DNA of 48,778 nt, counting the filler, from Catajapyx aquilonaris (Eukaryota), in assembly GCA_000934665.2 (NCBI GenBank). It is 2 parts of 2 records of this genome, joined end to end, with 100 filler letters (N's around TTAATTAATTAA, not from the genome) between each part and the next. Parts side by side here need not be neighbours in the genome. Positions count along the whole stretch, not along the records: positions 1 to 24,298 come from JYFJ02005539.1; positions 24,399 to 48,778 come from JYFJ02005540.1. One strand, written 5' to 3'. Position numbers and translations under genes: made by a program. This document shows positions 23,601 through 32,620 of the stretch, one piece after another. Below the pieces are notes generated by a model. The model did no database searches, was not told the DNA's origin, and was given only the letters and a program-made list of their open reading frames with translations. The stretch's first letter is position 1, and each line of letters opens with the position of its first letter.

Positions 23601-24040
23601 AGTATGATTAACAATAATATTTGCCTCCCCCCATGATCCAGTGGACGTCCTCTAATCCAGTTGACTGGCATTAACTATCGGTTCACTTAGCTTCGACGAA
23701 ACCGAGCCCGTTCCGGAACCGGTCCACTTTACTAAGAACAGTACTTCCAACCCGGAATGGTGGCCATTATGGCGCCCAACAAACTGGATTGGCAGCACCG
23801 TTTCCTTAGGAAGTGGGCCGGATCCGGACCGGGCTCGCTTTTCTTCTTACGTGTAAATACATGGGGGTGATAAAAGGGGCTTCTTTGTGATTGCCCACCT
23901 CCAGAGACGATCTGAAGTCGTGACTCGTCGTGGATGGAAGTTGACTTCTGGTTGCTGCAGAAGTGGCAGGGCGGGTCCCCGTCTGGGTAGCGCAGGTCCG
24001 ACACGTGCTCCACGGTGACCAGTGCGGGGCCACTGCGCAT
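1649..24040 (-). CDS. PLEKHG7: PLEKHG7-like Dbl-family RhoGEF (DH-PH), whole gene model: join(24040-23851,17784-17669,11157-10904,9542-9418,8624-8583,7308-7259,6517-5702,4544-4449,4250-4146,3814-3698,3289-3115,2754-2459,2120-1884,1807-1649), 2778 nt, about 925 aa
   Basis: Every junction is GT-AG and reading phase is continuous (1,0,2,1,1,0,0,0,0,0,1,0,0). Motifs AVWDLFQSECTFLYDHLMVLK, LFGNLDEL, LTDLLVAPVQHIMKVPLLLKDI, ELDDKMKWLKNFERL..VWP and YVILFDDMLLITR match my recollection of PLEKHG7 DH-PH sequence. The two most 5' exons are supported only by splice signals and phase. Confidence 0.85.
1884..2120 (-). CDS. PLEKHG7: RhoGEF exon, PH domain (KSSLSETW...RYVVYKQPLSLDRF...FVLVSLNRFQQIVAVHTFQATSDQLK)
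   Basis: Acceptor gttccag|AAA (an alternative in-frame AG would start the exon at 2132); donor AAG|gtaagt; YKQPL.LDR is typical of PLEKHG5/6/7 PH domains. Confidence 0.9.
2179..2407. repeat. Intronic minisatellite: 15 units of 15-16 bp (GTAAGTCGAGG[A/C]TAC) with a 61-bp higher-order period
   Basis: Units parsed directly; the 16-bp variant recurs at 2179, 2240, 2301 and 2362. Confidence 0.9.
2459..2754 (-). CDS. PLEKHG7: RhoGEF exon, DH end / PH start (ELDDKMKWLKNFERLL...VILFDDMLLITRRKKGLHKK)
   Basis: Acceptor taccag|GG, donor AAG|gtatat, phase 1 to 0. Confidence 0.93.
3115..3289 (-). CDS. PLEKHG7: RhoGEF exon, DH CR3 region (WCNRDPRCKKLQLTDLLVAPVQHIMKVPLLLKDI...)
   Basis: Acceptor tgacag|TGG, donor A|gtgagt, phase 0 to 1. 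Confidence 0.93.
3698..3814 (-). CDS. PLEKHG7: RhoGEF exon, DH (SSKAHSLSQAYHRYALNYINALNYLETLRRQVEFCEFEK)
   Basis: Acceptor tttttttcgcag|AGT, donor AAG|gtaaat, 117 nt, phase 0 to 0; translated by hand, not in the ORF track. Confidence 0.92.
4146..4250 (-). CDS. PLEKHG7: RhoGEF exon, DH (VTYAFCKEFMNLMLQFVGPGGDLPIIEVLMKLFQK)
   Basis: Acceptor attcaag|GTG (less common AAG), donor AAG|gtgagc, 105 nt, phase 0 to 0. Confidence 0.88.
4449..4544 (-). CDS. PLEKHG7: RhoGEF exon, DH (VYMEPLKKIQVEGFAMFAEPELLFGNLDELCC)
   Basis: Acceptor ttttcag|GTG, donor TGC|gtgagt, 96 nt; LFGNLDEL motif of DH domains. Confidence 0.93.
4825..5043. mobile_element. Fold-back MITE with GGGCC termini (PIF/Harbinger-Tourist-like)
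   Basis: About 77-bp near-perfect TIRs GGGCCGAATTCAGAGAGGTTGCTTAACG...; 3-bp direct repeat TAG on both sides. Confidence 0.85.
5090..5465. mobile_element. Tc1/mariner-type fold-back MITE
   Basis: TA|CAGGGTGGTCCAACTTTTTTGTCCGAACAGC ... GCTGTTCGGACAAAAAAGTTGGACCACCCTG|TA; arms of about 160 bp; TA target-site duplication. Confidence 0.9.
5472..5670 (+). mobile_element. Short dispersed element with imperfect inverted ends, copy 1 of 3
   Basis: Shares CGCACCCACACTCGCGCA, CAAGCGTAGTGTTGGAAA and TGCGCGAACTGTG with the copies at 12004 and 12629. Confidence 0.7.
5702..6517 (-). CDS. PLEKHG7: RhoGEF large exon: Pro/Gln-rich linker and DH start (FDRSNRGKSDSLG...KRKEAVWDLFQSECTFLYDHLMVLKN)
   Basis: Acceptor ctcgttccag|TTC, donor AAT|gtaagt, 816 nt open and GC-rich; DH CR1 motif. 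Confidence 0.93.
7259..7308 (-). CDS. PLEKHG7: RhoGEF small exon (DNVNSRKGRATWSLLRL)
   Basis: Acceptor tgtttcag|AT, donor CTT|gtaagt, 50 nt, phase 1 to 0, fits both neighbours. Confidence 0.8.
8583..8624 (-). CDS. PLEKHG7: RhoGEF 42-nt microexon (DLDGSTTSLAVTDG)
   Basis: Acceptor ctcttttacag|AT, donor GAG|gtagga, symmetric phase 1-1. Confidence 0.75.
9418..9542 (-). CDS. PLEKHG7: RhoGEF N-terminal exon (SSEFASPRARRSSIVVIPPMQICPGDLLVYSKVLTQRNNLL)
   Basis: Acceptor atttttag|G, donor TGG|gtaagt, 125 nt, phase 2 to 1. Confidence 0.85.
10904..11157 (-). CDS. PLEKHG7: RhoGEF N-terminal exon (GSSSEEVFKRLSAEGLCKG...DDDSEEKDKDKPAG)
   Basis: Acceptor ttttgttctcag|GGA, donor GG|gtttgt, 254 nt, phase 0 to 2; GC-rich and coding-like. 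Confidence 0.8.
11308..11369. repeat. GC-rich 23-bp inverted repeat (hairpin)
   Basis: GGCGCTGCCTCCATCCACCGCGC / GCGCGGTGGGTGGAGGCAGCGCC, one mismatch, 16-nt spacer. Confidence 0.85.
11633..11678. repeat. (TC)23 microsatellite
   Basis: Direct reading. Confidence 0.95.
12004..12202 (+). mobile_element. Short dispersed element, copy 2 of 3
   Basis: Inverted ends ACCGAGTACGCA (12014-12025) / TGCGTACTCGGT (12181-12192); internal CAAGCGTAGCGTTGGAAATAA. Confidence 0.7.
12629..12810 (-). mobile_element. Short dispersed element, copy 3 of 3 (inverted, partial)
   Basis: Reverse complement reads TACAAGCGCAACCGAGAGCGCATCCACACTCGCGCA ... CAAGCGTAGTGTTGGAAATAA. Confidence 0.7.
17669..17784 (-). CDS. 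Putative RhoGEF exon 2 (RLVRSRDGSRAGGGAPYMNLPSPNVQAEVGLPVGLPGHT)
   Basis: GC-rich island with a pyrimidine-rich acceptor ttcttgtgactacag|GA and donor ACT|gtaaga; 116 nt, phase 1 to 0, matching the phase-0 exon at 11157. Confidence 0.6.
21843..21921. repeat. Imperfect ~35-bp direct repeat in a region rich in GCCATTTT motifs (likely decayed transposon)
   Basis: TACATGAAAAT..A.TTTGTGACT.TAAAGTTTG occurs twice; GCCATTTT occurs several times between 21690 and 21975. Confidence 0.55.
22484..22827. repeat. AT-rich degenerate ~12-bp tandem repeat (ATTCAAAATTT-like) bounded by short inverted ends
   Basis: Repeated TTCAAAATT/TTTAAAATT units; flanks CTGCTAAAA / TTTTAGCAG. Confidence 0.65.
23470..23609 (+). 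mobile_element. Decayed Helitron/Helentron-associated (HINE-like) fragment; related pieces at 17485-17550 and ~30323-30340
   Basis: Shared CGTAGTACCATA and CGGACAAACA motifs, internal GTAGTACCA/TGGTACTAC inverted repeat, GACA-type tail; family assignment is inference. Confidence 0.35.
23851..24040 (-). CDS. Putative first coding exon of the RhoGEF (MRSGPALVTVEHVSDLRYPDGDPPCHFCSNQ...PHVFT)
   Basis: GC-rich island; ATG at 24040 (an in-frame upstream ATG, MPSSSP, is also possible); donor CAC|gtaaga, phase 1, compatible with the exon at 17784. Confidence 0.5.
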
Positions 24041-24298
24041 CTGGCTCTCCAACACTGTGCAGGACACACACACAGCACACACCCACACGAGAAGGTTCCC
24101 ACACCCGGGAACACAATTTGGAGAAGAGGAAGGCATCGTGGTGGTGGTGGTGGTTGTGGAGGGGGGGAATAAAAAAGAAAGAGTGGAAAGATTTGGGTTT
24201 AAAAGACTGTTTGTTTCGTCTCTTAAAAGGGGCTTCGAGGGAGGGTTGCGGTCTGGCAAATGCAGATTTTCGAAGTGCGCTATTCGGCCTACTGTACT

Positions 24299-24398
24299 NN
24301 NNNNNNNNNNNNNNNNNNNNNNNNNNNNNNNNNNNNNNNNNNTTAATTAATTAANNNNNNNNNNNNNNNNNNNNNNNNNNNNNNNNNNNNNNNNNNNN
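24299..24398. other. Artificial 100-bp scaffold gap/linker with six-frame stop cassette
   Basis: Exactly N44-TTAATTAATTAA-N44; TTAATTAATTAA is a standard pseudomolecule spacer with stops in all six frames. Confidence 0.93.
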
Positions 24399-27300
24399 AG
24401 CTCCCCAACCGCAGATATTGAAATCTCTTGGAAACAGGCTCGTTCCCTGCTGGAACTTTCCGGATAAATTATAGGGCACATTGAAACCGCTTACAGTGTA
24501 CTGGATGCCACGTACTACAATGGCGTTTTAAGTTTTTTGCCCAATTTGCGGGCTCGGTAATGAGCAATATGTGGGGTATAGTGCACTGCGTAAGTCTCCA
24601 GTTGAAAGTTATGGAGAAAAGGTGTAAAAAAAATTCTTCAGCAACACGATTAATAAAAAATGAGGCAATCATCGCGATTGTATCGGGTATAAGCAACCCA
24701 TAACTTATTCACATACCTACTCTTGAACTGGTGTAAATTTTCAAGCGATCTATGCTCTCTTGCAAATGAGACTGAGGAAAATGCACGGTTGCACTAAAAT
24801 TATTAAGTAACGGCATTCACCCTCAGAATTTTTAATGCAATCCGTTTGTGTGAGGAGCACAAAAAATTGCTCGTTAATATTGTGGATTGTGCTCTGTACT
24901 CTCTCTTTGTGGTCAGCAAGCGTGCAAAAATTTGCAAGATCTTTTTAACTGAAACATTTCGGGTCCTTGAGGTTTTACTGGATCATAAAACCTACTTCAA
25001 TACTTCGCTATAAGGAGAAAAATTTTGTCTCTTACGTTAATGAATATTTCGGAGTACTTACAGAATAATGTACATGGTGATTTTGGTCACGTTCATTTCC
25101 CTCCTTTGCCTGTATGTATGTATGTATGTACAGTTGAAAATTGTCCACCAGTGCCAAAATATTGTGAAATGCAATCCTTCTGAAAAATCCCAGTTTTTAT
25201 GTCTTAAATTATACTACCCGGCACAAACGGTTTTCACTTATTCATAGACAATAGAGAAGTGAAGGTAATTCATTGAAATCAGTACAGTGCACAGTGGAAT
25301 CTGTCCATTCCGCAAAAAAACGTCATTCGCAATACTCTGCTTACGATTTGAAAAAAGTGTTTGCAGAACTGGAGACAACATGTAAACATTGCTTTGACAT
25401 AACTTCATCATGCAATCACTTGCAACCAACAAATTGTAATCACAATGCAGAACTCAATCATGGATCTAATTTCAATTGCGCAGTATTTCCACGCCCGCGA
25501 AAACTAATAATATCAAACTAACAGTTGTCGACACAACAGCACCATTGACAATTTTTTAGAGTACAAACCCGATTAATTTGTTCTGCTATGGCACAAAAGG
25601 GCCCAAAAAGACATTACATTACGAGCCCAGAAGTGGAACGCTATACGCCTCGCATTTGTACGCCCCTCTCGCCTCTCCCCCCAAAAAGCTAGAGAGACCT
25701 GTGCTCCATCCATCCATCCTCCCTGCACATTCCATGCTAATCGCGAAAATCGGCCTGATCGATCTATTGATGGCCCGAGTCACCTGGGACCAAGTAGCTG
25801 CCTCCAGAGTGTGACGGCAGGCAGCATTGGTCCATAGCCTGCATGCTCTGGCAGGGCAATCACGTCCCGAAAGAGTTGGGGGCTGCGGTGTGATTTTCAC
25901 CCAATGGAAGAAAATCGGCCGGAAGGTATCAGGACCACCAAATTCGATAAGGAAACAGCATTTCCTCTTGCCGGATACCCACCAAATTGAGTAATGCTAA
26001 AAGGTGCGCCACGGGGTAGAGAAACGAGATGTGTTGGCAAAAAAAACGTGCCCTTTTTAAAAAATTCATAGGTGTCGTACCTACAACGCAATGTGTTTCA
26101 CTATGCAGGGGTGCATTTTTGCGGATTTCGCAGACCCGCGAGTGCCCAACCTCAGGCTTGTTTATAGTTAGATGCCGCCTCTCTTTTTTTTGCAAGCGAC
26201 AATGGAGAACAATGGGGGCTATATTTTTGTTCTGGTTTGGACGCTGGAATAATAGGAGAGGGATTTTCAGCGAGGCGCAATCATTTGCAGCCCGATATAA
26301 TAAAAAGGGGGGCAAGAGAGGCTATTTTATTCATCACATTTTGAGTGCGTGACGTCGTCAGTCACTGGAGGTCTAAAAAAAAATTCGGGTGATCCATCAG
26401 TTTGAACAGTTGACAGGTGCGATCGAGACTTAAATGGCAGCTGCTATGCCTAGCACTCATCTTGGATCTACTCTAGCCCGCCAAATGCATCTCTGATAAT
26501 GTAGTTCGATACCTAAAAGCAAATCCATCTGCGTATGTCACCCTGAAAAGTTAGCGTCAGCAATGGAGGTAATTCAAACTACCGGAAGCAAAATAATTTT
26601 ATTTGGTGGCAGTTGCTATACCTATTTTTCTGTCTCTCGCGGGGTAATACTGTAAATTGATAAAGGCAATGACGCAGATTGATAAACCGATTTTTCTCTC
26701 TCGCGACTACATCTCTCTCCTCGTATATATATCTCCGGACCAGACGAAATGACCCAGATCTCTACGGAAGACTGGGTTTGCACAATGTTACCGAGTTTTC
26801 GCCGGTGCCTTCTGTTCGTAATGAAATTTGAGTACAAAATGGGCGAGAGTTCATTAAATATTTTTTATTGTATAAGTTTGCCAAACACTGTAGTGGTTTT
26901 GAATATTAAGGCTGGAAAGTTGCAGTGTACTTAGACAGTAATTTCCTGTAGCTAAAAAAAGTAATAAACCCGGGTGTAATGTAGTGCACTTATGATTTAA
27001 GAATTTGAGAGCTTTTGGTGCATATGTTGGGTAATAGTACAGTAAAGGACGCATATTTGTTTACCCACCCTGCAAGTTTAATCCAACCGGATAAAAATGT
27101 CTGCAACAATAAATCCGCTTCGCGCCTCCGCTACATCCGCAATTTCCACAAATTTCACAAATATTCTGAGCATTTCCTGCGGCTTGAACGCCTTTCTACT
27201 CAAAAAAAAGGCCGAAATAAAGATGAGATAAAAAAGGAGGAGGCCCCCATCCTCGACGGAGAAGAGTCCCGTAGCTCCTCTTCCAGACAATTTACAGCGT

Positions 27301-29019
27301 CCAAAGGGAGTTCTGGCAACCTCCTTTTTTCCCATCCTTTGCCAGCATCTTGGCCCACCCAACTTTTACATGCCAGGTTTCGATCCGACAAAAATCCTCA
27401 TTCTTACGGGGAATGTATCCGCCAAACATATTCCTTTAAATCCTTTTTTAGGGGGTCGAAAATTCTCGAGAGCGACCCAACGTTTAGCCATCAAGAGCCT
27501 CTGAATATCATAATGCTGAGAATTGCACTCGGATATTTTGAGGATGGTGACACACACGGAGGAAAAAAAAAAAAACGGAGAGTAAATAACAGGAGTTGCC
27601 TCATCTGTCACGAGGACATTGCAGTATTGCTGTCTGAAAGTGCTCGGAAATTGCAAAGCCGTGTATTCGCGAGGATTGGACAGCAGCGAGGACTGTCATA
27701 ACTTTCGTGTCCCCGACGGTTGGTCCAATACCCGGGCAAGGCCATCGGAATGAGAAGTTTTGAACGGTAGAAATTAAATGTCGAGTGGAAAACCACTAGA
27801 GAGGCCTTTTTTGGGTTATATAAAAACGGTCGTTGAGAAAGGAATTAGTGTCGCAAAAAATGTGCTAAATTAGCTAATAAATGTTGGCACTTGTCATTTT
27901 CCCAGTGAAGTCAGACATGTCTGTGGTCTATAGCTCATGCCGATTTTATCCAACTTTTTTTTACAGTTCAGCACCATATTGAATTTGATGTGAGGTGTTA
28001 AATATGAACCCAGACATTTCGTAACTACTACTAACATTTTTCCAATGAATAAAAAAAATCATAAAGCTGTACCCGGCTGTACCTTAATGAATAGTCGTGT
28101 TTTCTCATATAGTAGCACTGGTAGTACCCCAAGTTTCCAACTGCGAGCCTCCCATTCTTTCCAAGTAACAAATCTCGATTCGATTAACAGAGCAAGTAGG
28201 CCCCCCCGTTTTCGCACTTCAATCAGCACATCTACATCATTATCGCCTAGTGGCTGCCTTCACACAGGAATATTCCTGCAGTCTCTACCCTCCCCATTTC
28301 TCTTTCTCTTCTCCAAGAAGGAGGCACTTGGTTCAATTGAACCCAGCCAAAAGCTCTCGTTCCGTTCCAACCAACTTAGTCCGTGTCCCCCACCGAAATC
28401 GTTAGCGGTGCAAATCCTTCCGTGACATGACCTTTCCAGAACCCAGCCCTGACAACCCGGAAACGACCTAATCGCTTCACACCTATGTAGGACATATTGT
28501 CAGCGGCACCAGTTCGACCCAACCAACCAATCCCCACCATTCTCCACAATCCACTTTCAAAAATAACATGTCCTGTAATCCTAACAGGGTTTGCCTGACT
28601 AGAACTTCCTTTTAAAGGTCCGCATGCTGTTGAAGCTAGAGAAAAGAGAAAGGAAAAAAATGGCGCCTTGGATGAAGATAGAAGCGCATAGGAGCCTTTG
28701 TTCCCGCCTCTTCACCCGATCTGGCCCCAAGTGATTCAGCTCCATTTCCTCCTGTTGAAGATGACGTCCGAGAAACGAAGAAACTCAAGAGAGCGGCAGA
28801 AAAAAAGGGGGATGGGAGGTGGGGAGAGCCAATGCTGTCAGAGAGGATTCCGGGCCAAACAGCCCAAATTCCTTCCTAGCGTAGGGAAGCAGATACATAG
28901 AGACAAAAATAGAGGGATACAAAAGTGATATTGCATGCAGCTTGACTTCAGAAAAATATGAGACGTGAACTATTCTTAAATGTCATATTTTAGTCTAAAT
29001 TGCCTACAGTGCAGTAGGG

Positions 29020-29237
29020 AATTATTTAGATATGCTTGATTTATTTTTTAAATATTTTTATGAACAAATGAATCACTTACAATAACTACATAAACACTCA
29101 CAATAACTACGTAAAATACCGTATTTAAAATTAATATGCAGGACACATATACAAATATTAGCTTTTTAGTTATTGTTAGTGATTAATTTGTTCGTAAAAA
29201 TATTTAAAAAAAGAAATCATGCATATCTGAGTTAATT
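29020..29237. mobile_element. AT-rich fold-back element (MITE-like)
   Basis: About 68-bp imperfect inverted arms AGATATGC.TGATTT.TTTTTTAAATATTTTTA.GAACAAAT.AATCACT.ACAATAACTA. Confidence 0.7.
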
Positions 29238-32200
29238 ACGAATTAAATATAAGAGCATAAAATTATCACGTAGGAAATGCTGAATCTTTCCACCTGGTTG
29301 AAAATAATTCAAATGTATAATTTGAATCGTTCATACGTATTAAAGCAGATTTTCAAATAAAATAGTTGATGTGAACTGATGCATGGGGCTAGAAGTTACT
29401 GTTCAATTTGCGGTGTGCACAAGGTGTCGAAATTATCCTCCCACGCGCTTGTAAAATCGAAATGTGAAATCAGAAAAGAGCTTCACGTCCAGCTTTATTG
29501 GGACGGTGCAAAAAAATGGGTGTTAAAATTTGCCTGCAACCACTAATATCTGGTTTTATGCTATGCTTTCCGTCAAAATTGCTTCTAAAGGTTTTTGACA
29601 GTTTGTATATCCCTTTATGTAAAATGCAGTTTTGATGCTCCCCTATAGTCGCCATCACAATATACAGTGTAACGCTAGGTAGAGGCTATTTAATGAAACT
29701 GTACAAGTGAATGGACTATTCCAATCCTCATTACAAAAAAACTATTCGCAAAGGCTTGAAGCGCGAGCAAAGCAGTGTAAGATTACCAGACGCATTTTTA
29801 CAAAAGTCGACCATTGACATTTTCCAACTTTTGGTGTCCAGTTGACCTTCCCTTAACTCTCCAACTCCCGTAGCAGTGTTTTTCAGAAACTGTACGCTTT
29901 ACACGTCCCGACGGCTAGGTAAGCCATCTGGACAGTTGCAAAGTCCGACGGGGATAGAAATGTTTCACGGCTCTGACACTTGGCTATTTCATGGGGTTCA
30001 CTAATCAGATAAAAGGGGCAAATAGGGTTTTGCAAGTACAGTTGGGAATTTTTGCAGGCACACGAATAAACGGAGTTTCAACTTGCGACGTCTCCCCCCC
30101 CCCCTCAAATATGCCAACTAAAATTTTTCCAGGTATATTTTTAGACTGAAACTCAAAACCTTTCTCTGGCATGAAGCTGGATATTGTGTTTCAACTCGAG
30201 TTATTCTCTGGCTGCTGTTGCTGGACGTGGCTAGGGACACTCCAGAACGGCCAAGAGATTGTCACAGTTTTGGGAGAGCGACGCTGTTCCTGGGTGTGAG
30301 CCCCTGGGAACCCAGAGGCATGCAACAACAGACAGATTAGTATTACCATAATAATATGTATTTTTTATCGTTTGGAACTATTTGCCCTTTGCGGATAAGT
30401 AGGTTAATTCTATTATTATTTCCTTTGCCCGTGGGGGATTAAAATAGCGAATATTCCAGACTGATAATAGCTGGCTGCAAATTGGTCTGTGCGGGCAATA
30501 ATTCTCTTTCAAATACACTAATTCCAAACTCTCAGTGCATTTAGGTAAAGGCTTTACTCAAATGGACGCAATATTTTTTAAATTGATCCATTCAACTGAT
30601 AGGGAATATTTTCCTTTAAAGAGTGGAAACTAATATAAGTGTAGAAAGTGTAGAAATTACCCAAACTTTTAGGAAGACGTTAAATAATTTAATGATCAGC
30701 TTTCAAAGATTGTATGAACATGTGGTAAGTTTCCGCGGATGTGACGTGACGCAAATCCTGCCTGTTCACCTCTACATTAATATTTAAGGCGTGTTCAGAA
30801 TTATGATCAAACAGAATAAATTCATTATCTTAATGCCACTTGCAATGAATCAAGATAACTGGCAGTTAGCGGCAGGACTGAAAGCTTCCTGCCGATATTA
30901 CTATACTGTCATGCTTGGCATCAGTGCTTTATAAAAGCCGTGTTTCTATAGGTGTCATAACCATGTCTGATGTCGTAAATCCTCCAAACGGCCAGTTAAG
31001 ATAAGAGAGAAAATTGTCTTGTACCCGTCAAAGTTGCTCTGTATATTATTTAGAACAGTTTTATGCTCAGTTTGAATGTGTATATACGCAATTATAGTGT
31101 TACAACAAATTCTTGTGATTGAAACGTTTTCACACTCACTTGTCAGTGCAATCAATTGATTTAATTTTTAAATAAACGTTTATTTCATTATAGGCTTGAA
31201 TTGACAGGAAAATCATTATTTAAGAGATGCATTATTGATGTAGTTGAAGAAATATTCCAAACAAAACATTATAGACTACATTCAGTGGAGAAAAAGTGAA
31301 AAGAAACCCATTACAGTGCACACTGCATTAAGTAAGAACATCATACTAGCTAGACCTGTAATATTGCAAAGAGTTAGTGGAAAAACTTATGCTGTCTACA
31401 AAATTAATGTGCGCTCCATTCCAATAAATTCTAATCTAATTTTGTTAGCAGTACCAGCTCTTTTAGGCCTCTAGCGACTAATAACCTTCACATGCTGCCT
31501 GATGCCTTATTCAGCTCACAGTGTGCATAGTGCATCTCAAAAAATAGTGGCAGATGTGCCATTCCGTGATTAAACTCCCCATGAATGATTTGAGAGCAAT
31601 CTTCGTTGTACTGTACACCACACTGTATAATAACTCCATGGAGACCCTATATGTGAACAGTAGCTGTAAAGTGTTCTTTGGGTGTTGCAAAATGCATGCT
31701 AATATGTGGGGCCGGGGAAAGGATATTGTTATCAGACACCTCACGTTGTCGTGCCGCCATGGTAGAAAGCATGCGTTATGCATCAGCACCGGGTCCTTCC
31801 GGACGTATCAATTTGACTAGAAATGCCCATTATAATACTGCGAGGCCCTCACCAGAACTGTCCCCGAGCGGAATTTACTGCGGAGATAGTGGGGATGCGG
31901 CGAGTTCATGCATTTACGTGACCGACATCGGTTGGCACCCTCTCCTGCGACCAATCCGAAGAGAATTCCTCATGAAGCAGAAATGGAAGCCTATTTTTTT
32001 CTCAGCACTTTTATATGCAGGGCTGCACTATTCTTTGAATGCAGGGAGCATCTCACTATTTTTTTAGAGGAATTCCTCTCTAGAACTATAGGCATGTCCC
32101 AAATCGGTGCCTCGTACGTCTTCCTAATCCGGGGATATCGTAGTGACGTAGTGAATCAGATGTGTCCGAATTCTTCTCCCTCTTGGCCCTGAATTACTGC

Positions 32201-32561
32201 GCCATATGTGCCCCGGAGTCAAACTGCCACCTAGTTGTCGACGGGTTGAACAGCTCTCCCAGGTGCTTCGACAGAATGGCAAACTTTAGGGGGGGGGGAG
32301 GTTTGCACAAAAAATATGCAAAAGAGTCTGTAAGAATTCTGTTTCTTGTTCCAGGATATGAATATTGTAAGGGCATGGAAGTTGACATTTTTGGAACAAA
32401 AGGAGCCTCAAAAGGAATGGAGTTAGGTTTGAATCGATTTTAAATGGCACAACCTGTGATATTTTCAGCGTACAGGGTGGAGTGGACCGAAAGTTACGAC
32501 AAATGTCATCGTTTGCTCAGTTGCATAATTATCTAGTTGTTTACACGAAAAGATGACGTGC

Positions 32562-32620
32562 GTATGTGCTCTGTACAGTTCAGTACGAATGAAAGGAACT
32601 GAACTGTGCAGAGTACATAC
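32562..32620 (+). repeat. 23-bp inverted repeat (59-nt hairpin)
   Basis: GTATGTGCTCTGTACAGTTCAGT / ACTGAACTGTGCAGAGTACATAC with 13-nt loop. Confidence 0.85.

Noticed and set aside
27015..27701. 228-aa plus-strand ORF
   Set aside because: Non-ATG start in the track, crosses homopolymer runs, no motif or clear splice structure recognised
30148..30303. GC-rich exon-like segment considered as receptor exon 2
   Set aside because: All three minus-strand frames contain stops and none shows mGluR motifs
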